From assembly GCA_035479935.1 (NCBI GenBank), contig DATIIF010000040.1, forward strand, positions 1-30,233: a stretch of 30,233 bases of DNA. The letters are read 5' to 3'. The notes beneath the pieces are model-generated. The model had not been told where the DNA came from and ran no database searches. It saw nothing but the letters and a program-made list of their open reading frames with translations. The stretch comes from Patescibacteria group bacterium. Lineage in GTDB: Bacteria; Patescibacteriota; Saccharimonadia; Saccharimonadales; JACOTW01. The first letter of the stretch is position 1. Every line of letters starts with the position of its first letter. This document shows positions 9,211 to 16,123 of the stretch, piece by piece. Both the position numbers and the translations under genes were made by a program.

Positions 9211-9678
9211 TTATTTACCTTGGTGGCGAGCGTGCCATTCGGTGTGGGCTTTGGGCATATCTTCGCCGCTGGCAAACAGAAAAATCACAGTCGTGCCTTT
9301 GCCCAAAAACGCAAACCGCTTGATTAGTGCAGCGACCTTTGTATCCTCGTCACCCAAAGACTTTAGATAATTTGCAAAAGAGCCGTGTTCTTTGGCAATC
9401 GATTGTATTTCTTTAGCGTTGGCTATGATGGCGCGGATTTTGGCCAAGTTATGAATGACGTCCCGGTCGTTCATCAGCTCTTCGATCTCCGGCTCTTGAA
9501 ATTTAGCCACTTTATCAATACTAAAATCCTTAAATGCCTTTTTGATGCCCGGCCATTTATTATCCAAAACTCTCCAATTCAGCCCGGCGACAAAGATCAC
9601 TCGGCTCATTCGCTCAAAATACTCGTCATCATTTTTGGGCTTGTCTATTTTGCCGTGCTTGGCATCCCAATTGGGCAT
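9211..9678 (-). CDS. tag: DNA-3-methyladenine glycosylase I-like protein (short Tag variant)
   Basis: YFERMSRVIFVAGLNW..KWPGIKKAFKDF, VIHNLAKIRAIIANA, GSFANYL. SD AGGAGG upstream. Confidence 0.75.
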   Translation of the reverse strand: MPNWDAKHGKIDKPKNDDEYFERMSRVIFVAGLNWRVLDNKWPGIKKAFKDFSIDKVAKFQEPEIEELMNDRDVIHNLAKIRAIIANAKEIQSIAKEHGSFANYLKSLGDEDTKVAALIKRFAFLGKGTTVIFLFASGEDMPKAHTEWHARHQGK

Positions 9679-9718
9679 AATCGCCTCCTAGATTATGTTC
9701 TCATTGTACAACTACAGG

Positions 9719-9757
9719 TTATTTTCTAGCCAAAACTTTCTTGAATAACCCTCTCAT
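9719..9757 (-). other. Possible 12-aa small ORF MRGLFKKVLARK
   Basis: ATG..TAA in frame, preceded by the purine-rich GGTGGAGAAAGGGGTTT. It lies between the operator and tag. Confidence 0.3.
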
Positions 9758-9783
9758 AAACCCCTTTCTCCACCAAGTTATAT

Positions 9784-9821
9784 AGTATGTATATTCAACC
9801 AATTGGTTGAATATACATACT
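9784..9821. promoter_or_regulatory. Putative ArsR-family operator (perfect 38-bp palindrome)
   Basis: AGTATGTATATTCAACCAATTGGTTGAATATACATACT. Its core matches the site upstream of arsR. Confidence 0.8.
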
Positions 9822-9889
9822 GGAGTCTACTGAAAGACGAAGCGAGGTAGGGGTGAGATTGAGGTAAGTGATGAGCTTGAAAAAGTGAG

Positions 9890-10222
9890 CTACATGCCAG
9901 GGGCGGGGAAGAGCTCGTGGATTTCTACCGAGAATTTGCCCGACTTGTCGCTTAGGAACGGATGCCCGTCAACCAGCTTCTTGGCTGATTCCATATCGTC
10001 AGCTTGCACGATCGAATAGCCGCTAAGCTGGCTGGCCTTGCCATCGGAGCCGTCATCAACCACAGCCACGCCATTAGCCATCGGCTGCCCAAAATCAACC
10101 ATCGCGTCACCGATTTTGTCCATCCATGCTCCCCATTTGGCCATTTCGGCCTTAGATTTTTCTGGCGCCATTTGTTCTGGTGGTGTTGCCGGGCCGTTGT
10201 AAAGTAATATAAATTTTTTCAT
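9890..10222 (-). CDS. YciI-family protein
   Basis: MKKFILLY...KWGAWM...GYSIVQADDMESAKKLVDGHPFL. SD AAGGAG. Confidence 0.8.
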   Translation of the reverse strand: MKKFILLYNGPATPPEQMAPEKSKAEMAKWGAWMDKIGDAMVDFGQPMANGVAVVDDGSDGKASQLSGYSIVQADDMESAKKLVDGHPFLSDKSGKFSVEIHELFPAPGM

Positions 10223-10234
10223 ATAATCTCCTTC

Positions 10235-10645
10235 TTAATTAAAGAATTTTTCTAACTTATTGAATGTGCCGACCCAACCATCGTCGTGCTGCGCCCGGGA
10301 TTCTTCGTCCACAAAGCCGGTGTGTTTTAGCGCGACTTCGGTTTTGTTTTCGTCAACTTTTTTAAAGTCGACGGACACGGTAGTCGATCCATGTCCCCAT
10401 GTAAAAACCAGCTTATTTGGCTCGCTGAACTCCAAATATTCGCCGTCCATATCAATGATCTGGTCGCCCATTTTCATCTGTACGTGGTATTTGCCACCTT
10501 TATGATTTTCCGAGCTGGCTTCTGGCGTGGTCATTCCCTCCGGGCTGTACCATTGCTTCATTTGCTTTGGCTCTGTCCATGCTCGAAAAACCTTGTCAAT
10601 CGGTGCATTAATCACTCTTTTTACTTCTACGGTCAGTTCAGCCAT
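10235..10645 (-). CDS. SRPBCC/AHSA1 (START-like) ligand-binding protein
   Basis: VKRVINAPIDKVFRAWTEP..MKQW, LVFTW, H..GW...FNKLEKFF. SD AGGAGG. It overlaps the arsR end. Confidence 0.9.
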   Translation of the reverse strand: MAELTVEVKRVINAPIDKVFRAWTEPKQMKQWYSPEGMTTPEASSENHKGGKYHVQMKMGDQIIDMDGEYLEFSEPNKLVFTWGHGSTTVSVDFKKVDENKTEVALKHTGFVDEESRAQHDDGWVGTFNKLEKFFN

Positions 10646-10997
10646 CCTGGCCTCCTTCTAGATAATTTTTTAATGAATCAAGGTTTGATTCCCAAAACTG
10701 AGTATAGTAATTAAGGTACCCTTCGGCATCTTTAAAGGCCACAGGATTTAAACTAACGTATTGCTTGCGCCCAATTTTGCGCTTAATTATAAAGCCGGCT
10801 TTTTCTAAGACTTTCAGATGCTTTGATACGGCAGCGAAGGTAAGGTTAGTGTAGGGCTCCCAAATCTGGGTAATTGTTAGCTGATATCGGCGGATGCGCC
10901 GCAGGATATCGCGGCGGGTAGGGTCAGACAAAGCGCTAAATATGGAATCCAGGCCCGGCTGCGTATCCGAAATTTCTGCTCCTGCCATCATTGCCAT
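10638..10997 (-). CDS. ArsR/SmtB-family transcriptional regulator (Cys-free, SRPBCC-associated type)
   Basis: FSALSDPTRRDIL, AAVSKHLKVLEKAGFI winged HTH, FWESNLDSLKNYLE. No Cys residues. Confidence 0.92.
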   Translation of the reverse strand: MAMMAGAEISDTQPGLDSIFSALSDPTRRDILRRIRRYQLTITQIWEPYTNLTFAAVSKHLKVLEKAGFIIKRKIGRKQYVSLNPVAFKDAEGYLNYYTQFWESNLDSLKNYLEGGQDG

Positions 10998-11014
10998 AAT
11001 CGTTTTCCCAATCT

Positions 11015-11063
11015 ATATTCAACCATTTAGTTGAATATTAATTCAAGAAACTATTCTTGTCAA
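11015..11063 (-). promoter_or_regulatory. arsR promoter with overlapping operator
   Basis: Minus strand TTGACA (11063-11058), 17 nt, TAATAT (11040-11035). The operator ATATTCAAC-CATTTA-GTTGAATAT (11015-11038) overlaps the -10 box. Confidence 0.8.
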
Positions 11064-11128
11064 TAATTTATTTGAGGTAAAGGTGTGATAAGTTAAGAAG
11101 TCGCTATAAGCGACAAGTCTTAGATAAA

Positions 11129-11638
11129 CTATTGGGCTTCGATGGCTAGAGCTTTTTGAACATCAAGCCAGAACGGATCAGTATCTTTTATAATTGCGCC
11201 ATGTTCCAAGTAAAAGCGTCGTGCAGCTTCTCGATTAGTGTTATGAGGATTCGAGGTAAATTGCATGACTGCTGCCTCATTCTCCTCACACCAGCCCAGC
11301 CCTTCATACCATACCTTACCAAATATACCTTGCCTTCTATAGTATGGATGAGTTGACACAAAGCCTAACCAAGCCATCTTACCAATTCCCTCAACTCCAA
11401 CATCGGGACTACATATCGTGTTTAAAGTTTCAGAACTGACAATCATGCCCGTTGTGGCCAATCGGGCTACAATCATTACCCTTTGATCGGGATGATCTAT
11501 ATGGTCGCGAATCATTCTTTCTGGCAGGGGCGTAGGCGGACGATCCGGACTTTCGGCATGAAGAAGTACCCCTAAAGCAGCAGCGTCATCCGGTGAATAC
11601 TCAGCCAGTCTTTCGATAACTACTTCAGAATTGCCCAT
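11129..11638 (-). CDS. GNAT-family N-acetyltransferase
   Basis: FVSTHPYYRRQGIFGKV (motif A R-x-x-G-x), FTSNP...REAARRFYLEHG. Confidence 0.8.
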   Translation of the reverse strand: MGNSEVVIERLAEYSPDDAAALGVLLHAESPDRPPTPLPERMIRDHIDHPDQRVMIVARLATTGMIVSSETLNTICSPDVGVEGIGKMAWLGFVSTHPYYRRQGIFGKVWYEGLGWCEENEAAVMQFTSNPHNTNREAARRFYLEHGAIIKDTDPFWLDVQKALAIEAQ

Positions 11639-11705
11639 CAGATAAAGATATTATTTTCTGAAACTGTTCGCAAGCATAAACGTGTCGAACTGCTACAATT
11701 TTCTT

Positions 11706-12341
11706 ATGAGAGTTTTGGTTTTTGGCGACAGCATTACTCAGGGTTTCTGGGACACCGAAGGCGGGTGGGTTGCTCGATTAAGGAAATATTATGATACACG
11801 GCAAATCGAAGACTTAAGAAATCGAGAAGAGCCCACAATCTTCAACCTAGGAATATCAGGAGGCACAAGCGAGACGATTTTAGCTCGGTTTGATAATGAG
11901 ACAAAAGCCAGAAAAAACAGAGAAGGGATGGTAATTATAGTTTCTACGGGATTGAATGATTCATACCGGGAAGGACCTGACCGTTACAAATCAACTCCAG
12001 AATCATACAGGCACAACCTTGTGCTACTGGCATCAAAGGCCAAAACCTACTCAAACAAAATTCTATTTGTAGGATTGGTGACTGGTGATGAAACCCAGAC
12101 AATGCCCGTCTTTTGGCGTGATATTTATTACGCCAACGAGCGTATAGAAGAGTTCGAGAATATTATGCAGAAAGTAGCATCTGAAAATGGGGTAAGCTTT
12201 GTACCAGTTTTTCAAGAATTTAAGAAGCATCTTGATGCCGGGGAAGACTTGTTGGCTGACGGTTTACATCCAAACAACGAAGGCCACGAGCTAATTTTTC
12301 AACTGGTTCGGCCAGAGCTGGATAAGCTACTAGCACTATGA
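11706..12341 (+). CDS. SGNH/GDSL hydrolase
   Basis: VFGDSIT, NLGISG, GLND, DGLHPN blocks. ATG 11706 sits 6 nt after TACAAT. Confidence 0.92.
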   Translation: MRVLVFGDSITQGFWDTEGGWVARLRKYYDTRQIEDLRNREEPTIFNLGISGGTSETILARFDNETKARKNREGMVIIVSTGLNDSYREGPDRYKSTPESYRHNLVLLASKAKTYSNKILFVGLVTGDETQTMPVFWRDIYYANERIEEFENIMQKVASENGVSFVPVFQEFKKHLDAGEDLLADGLHPNNEGHELIFQLVRPELDKLLAL

Positions 12342-12910
12342 AAGCCTATTTGATTCCCGGGAATGGCGAGGATTTAAAGTCGCGTAATTATCAGGCCGTC
12401 TTGGATATATATAAAAAACTCGGATACCAGCCGATCTTTGTGCCTATAAAGTGGAACTATCGGACAATTGATGATTGGATTGCGGAAGTAGATAACAAAA
12501 TCCCTGCAAAAGAAATACAGAATTCACTATTGAGTGGTTTTTCGTTCGGCTCGATGATAGCTCTGGCCGTGGCCGCTCAAGTTAATCCTAAAAAGCTTTT
12601 GCTTTTTTCTTTATCACCTTACTTTAAAGAAGATTTTCCTCTGCCGAAAGATTACGCTAAGTGGGCCGGCAAGAGAAAAACAGAAAATTTTAAGACCTTT
12701 TCAATGAACGATTTAGCTGTAAAGATAAACTGCCCGACAATAATATTCATCGGCAGAAAAGAAATAGATAAGTACAGTGATATGGATGAGCGTTCCAGCG
12801 AAGCACACAAACGGATTAAAAACAGCAGGTTAGTTGTAGTAGAAGATGTCGGTCATGACGTCAGCGACCCAAAATACGTGGAGAGTATAAAACACTCTCT
12901 AAATACTTAA
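12338..12910 (+). CDS. Alpha/beta hydrolase
   Basis: Nucleophile elbow GFSFG, late His (VGHD). ATGA overlap with the SGNH gene. Confidence 0.8.
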   Translation: MKAYLIPGNGEDLKSRNYQAVLDIYKKLGYQPIFVPIKWNYRTIDDWIAEVDNKIPAKEIQNSLLSGFSFGSMIALAVAAQVNPKKLLLFSLSPYFKEDFPLPKDYAKWAGKRKTENFKTFSMNDLAVKINCPTIIFIGRKEIDKYSDMDERSSEAHKRIKNSRLVVVEDVGHDVSDPKYVESIKHSLNT

Positions 12911-12924
12911 CAAGTCAAGCATTT
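12901..12924. repeat. Dispersed palindrome copy (imperfect) over the hydrolase stop codon
   Basis: AAATACTTAAC-AA-GTCAAGCATTT, with two T>C changes in the right arm. Confidence 0.75.
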
Positions 12925-12956
12925 TTTGTACTATGGTTTGAGAGTACAATTGGCTT

Positions 12957-13736
12957 ATGGTTAAGAACCAAAAAGGGTTCCATTTATTGCCCGTGTTGAT
13001 ATTGATCATCATTCTGGCTATTGGATTTGTGGGCTGGAATGTCCACAAGACTGGCAAAAGCAACAAGTCAGAAATACCCGGCAAAAGCTCCGCTCAAAAT
13101 GATCAGCCTCTAGTGCTCAAAAGCATTGGCTTTAACCTCGATTATTATGACCCGGCCACCAATCGCGCCGGCGACATAGAGTTCACCAATGTTGACCACA
13201 CCTTAAGTGGTCGCCAGCATCAAATTTGGCAGGATTTTGGCGTGCAAGATCCTCGTACTACAGACACAACTAAAAAGAACCCCCAGCCAACTTTTGTTTT
13301 GCCGCTGCATACTAAAGTCCACGCACTGGTTAGCGGCCAAGTGGTCGATGTCAAGAAACTATATAGTAATGATTACACAGTCTGGGTGGCGCGCTTTCCT
13401 AACAGCCACTACATTTACGAAACCGAACATGTAGACAATCCGATCGTCAAAAAGGGAGATAACGTGACCGGCGGCCAGGTTATTGCCGAAGTCAGTTCAA
13501 AAGATTCCCAAATCACACCAGGCTTTGGCCTGCTGGAAATCGGTATTTTATACACTGCCCATAATTATCCTCAACACCTTTGCCCTTTCCAGTATCTGGA
13601 TCCAGCTATAAAAGATGATGTCGGCAAAAAAATAACGGCGCTGCACAGCGCTTGGGAAACTTACTACGGTCAAAAAGTATATATGGAAAGTTTTGTCACG
13701 CCAGGTTGTGTAACCTTAGACCCAGCCAACGGTTAA
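12957..13736 (+). CDS. Prepilin-like N-terminus plus degenerate M23-like domain
   Basis: NQKGFHLLPVLILIIILAIGFVGWNV, then KVHALVSGQV, YETEHV, VKKGDNVTGGQVIAEV. No HxH motif. Confidence 0.65.
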   Translation: MVKNQKGFHLLPVLILIIILAIGFVGWNVHKTGKSNKSEIPGKSSAQNDQPLVLKSIGFNLDYYDPATNRAGDIEFTNVDHTLSGRQHQIWQDFGVQDPRTTDTTKKNPQPTFVLPLHTKVHALVSGQVVDVKKLYSNDYTVWVARFPNSHYIYETEHVDNPIVKKGDNVTGGQVIAEVSSKDSQITPGFGLLEIGILYTAHNYPQHLCPFQYLDPAIKDDVGKKITALHSAWETYYGQKVYMESFVTPGCVTLDPANG

Positions 13737-13737
13737 T

Positions 13738-13759
13738 AATACTTAACTAATCAAGTATT
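13738..13759. repeat. Dispersed palindrome copy (imperfect) just after a stop codon
   Basis: AATACTTAAC-TA-ATCAAGTATT. Confidence 0.7.
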
Positions 13760-13807
13760 TCCTCCGGAAGATAGCCCGAGTGTCGGATTCATTCCGCGCC
13801 CGGAGCG

Positions 13808-13834
13808 ATAAGGAACCCCTTCGCGGTTCCTTAT
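13808..13834. terminator. Hairpin between convergent genes (possible bidirectional terminator)
   Basis: ATAAGGAACC-CCTTCGC-GGTTCCTTAT, 10-bp stem. Confidence 0.6.
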
Positions 13835-13853
13835 AAGGCGCAGCGCAGCCGCT

Positions 13854-15095
13854 TTAGCGGGTGTAGGTTTTGGCGGCGGAGTCAAAGCTGGAGATACTGG
13901 AGCATTGCTTGCCAACAAAAACTTCGAACTTGAGCTCACGGGCGGCTGTCATCTGCACAATGCCGCAGCCAAATACATTCGATTTTGGCTTGAGTTTTAC
14001 CTCTTTGGCAACGGCCATCTGATCCCAGCTACTGCCGCCATTCTTGATATAATCCCAGCCTACTAGATCATACTTAACTAGCCCTCTAGACACGTCTACG
14101 TCTTTGGGATCCGGAGAATTAGTAAGTGTTACATGCTGCATGTCACTTTGGTTCTGAACTTGATTGTAAAGTGAGCCAATAGAAACTCTAAAATAGCTTG
14201 GATCGTACAGATCCGGCGCGAACGAAAGATGAGTTTTGAAATAGTTAGGGTCATGGCTAGTGCTATTACCACCGTACCCACCGGTGCTTTTCTCGAACCA
14301 GTTGCCAATAAGTTTTCCATCTATATCGTAATCTATCTTCCCTGCGATAGGTTCGGCTGTACGCGAATCTTTGCTTTCTACAATTTGGCGCAGAGCTGGC
14401 GTGTAATACGGGAACGGGTCGGCGGTATATATTTTCCAGGCCTCGCCATCATAAGAGACTGGGTTTACGAACCCACTCAGAGGTTTTTTAGTGTTCCAAA
14501 CTGCAAAGTCGAGCGTTTGGCCGCCAATGTGGCCGATCAGCTGGCCGGCTTTGACGCTGATCGGTAAATGATCCTTGTCTATTCCCGGCTGTACGCTCGT
14601 TACCAAATCGTAATAGTAAAAGAAGGTACACGATACGCTGAAGACAAGCCGGATTCGGCCCAGGCTACCATTTTCGGGCGGATGCACTTCAACATCAGTA
14701 ATCTTGGCGTCGGCCATTGCATAAACCGGATACGTGTCTTTGGCGGATTGAAAAACTGTTGGCTGAAAATACTGGTGGTCAATCGGCGTCACGTGCCCAC
14801 CGACTGTCAGGCCATAGGGGATTAGCAAAGAAAAATCGTCAGCATTCATTGGCAGGTGCGTAAAGGTAGTTTCGCCACTGCCGCTGCAGTTGTTATTACT
14901 GAGCATTCTGCCGGCTTTAATGGCCTTATCATCGGCCGAAGCATTGCTGGTTAGGATTTTGGACGTGGAATTATTGGATTTATCTTTGGCTTTACTAAAA
15001 ACCCGCCAACCAGCAAAACCGATAGCGACTATAACGATTACCGCCAAAAATAAAAATAAGTGACCAAAACCACTGTCTGAATTTTTCCTAAGCAT
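13854..15095 (-). CDS. Prepilin-like N-terminus plus degenerate M23-like domain and C-terminal extension
   Basis: SDSGFGHLFLFLAVIVIVAIGFAGWRV, then YPVYAMADAKI, VKAGQLIGHIGGQTLDFAV. ATG 15095 is preferred (TACACT 6 nt upstream). Confidence 0.65.
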   Translation of the reverse strand: MLRKNSDSGFGHLFLFLAVIVIVAIGFAGWRVFSKAKDKSNNSTSKILTSNASADDKAIKAGRMLSNNNCSGSGETTFTHLPMNADDFSLLIPYGLTVGGHVTPIDHQYFQPTVFQSAKDTYPVYAMADAKITDVEVHPPENGSLGRIRLVFSVSCTFFYYYDLVTSVQPGIDKDHLPISVKAGQLIGHIGGQTLDFAVWNTKKPLSGFVNPVSYDGEAWKIYTADPFPYYTPALRQIVESKDSRTAEPIAGKIDYDIDGKLIGNWFEKSTGGYGGNSTSHDPNYFKTHLSFAPDLYDPSYFRVSIGSLYNQVQNQSDMQHVTLTNSPDPKDVDVSRGLVKYDLVGWDYIKNGGSSWDQMAVAKEVKLKPKSNVFGCGIVQMTAARELKFEVFVGKQCSSISSFDSAAKTYTR

Positions 15096-15138
15096 AAGCG
15101 GAGTGTAACCTAAAGTATTGTCCAAATCCAGCGTATAA

Positions 15139-15220
15139 CCCGGTAGTAGACTTTCGTGGTATCCAACAAAAATGGATACAGTATCGACAAAGTCGATAGT
15201 CGCGAAAGCTCACTACCGGG
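15139..15220. mobile_element. Candidate MITE-like / T-shaped fold-back element
   Basis: Terminal inverted repeats CCCGGTAGT/ACTACCGGG, flanked by direct TATAA repeats, with two internal 7-bp hairpins. No transposase in the window. Confidence 0.45.
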
Positions 15221-15233
15221 TATAATCTAGGGT

Positions 15234-16070
15234 ATGGACGAGCGGGAAGGAAAGAGTCCGGAGAGTAATTCGCCTCAGAGCGAGGATGAGGATTATCAAG
15301 AAGCGGCACGTTCAACCGCCGATTATGCTAAATATAGTCCACCGCAAAAAGAACGAAGTCCAATCTGGCGTAAGCTGGGAATTGGCCTAGCGATTTTAAT
15401 AGTGATTGCGGTGCTCGGCGCAGGCGGATATTGGTTCGCCAAAAATCATAAATCGACCAAAACACCTACGCAGTCTTCGCAAGCCAGCCAAACCAATTCT
15501 GTCGATGCTGGTACCAAAATTACATCTGCCACTAAACATCACGACTCGACTAACTTCAATCTAGGTTTTGATTATCCGGCCGACTGGACAGTGACTGATT
15601 CCGGTAATGGTCAGCTTACAGTGCGTTCACCGGCTGTCAGCGTGAAAGACTCAGATGGGCAAACTGTGAATGTCAGAATAAGTCTGAATATTCGTGACAA
15701 GACTCAAAAATTGTCAGAATTTGATACCGGCAATGCGATTGCCGCACTCGATTCCGAAAAAGTAGCTTACACTAAGCCAACTCAAACTCAGCGAGCTAAT
15801 ACCTATCTGAGTTTTCTGATGTATGCTAGCTCGACGCGCGGCTTCGACGGTATTTATATAACCGGCGATAGCGGCTACAAGAAAGCTCAAGCCATACCCA
15901 AAGTCGACATCCAAAAAATCGAGCCCATTATTAGCCTAACTTTTGCCAAATGTACCGACAGTACCTGTTCAGGCAGCATGACGGCACTTAGTGTTAGTAC
16001 CGACAATTGGGATGACCAGAACTTTTCACAGCCACTTAAGGCCATGCTGCAATCTTTTAGCATTACGTAG
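15234..16070 (+). CDS. Membrane-anchored surface protein (possible PsbP-like extracellular domain)
   Basis: Charged N-terminus, single TM (LGIGLAILIVIAVLGAGGYW), Ser/Thr linker, FDYPADWTV motif. Confidence 0.7.
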   Translation: MDEREGKSPESNSPQSEDEDYQEAARSTADYAKYSPPQKERSPIWRKLGIGLAILIVIAVLGAGGYWFAKNHKSTKTPTQSSQASQTNSVDAGTKITSATKHHDSTNFNLGFDYPADWTVTDSGNGQLTVRSPAVSVKDSDGQTVNVRISLNIRDKTQKLSEFDTGNAIAALDSEKVAYTKPTQTQRANTYLSFLMYASSTRGFDGIYITGDSGYKKAQAIPKVDIQKIEPIISLTFAKCTDSTCSGSMTALSVSTDNWDDQNFSQPLKAMLQSFSIT

Positions 16071-16123
16071 AAGATATGAGTTGGCAAAAAGTGACCAAAT
16101 CCCTATAGTTTAACGGTAACCCT

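Noticed and set aside
11098-11116. GTCGC-TATAA-GCGAC hairpin downstream of the GNAT gene
   Set aside because: Only a 5-bp stem with no clear U-tract, too weak to call a terminator.
13762-13805. tRNA-like shape (acceptor-like stem plus GGATTCATTCC T-loop-like sequence)
   Set aside because: About 44 nt, with no D arm or anticodon arm, no GTTCRA and no CCA end.
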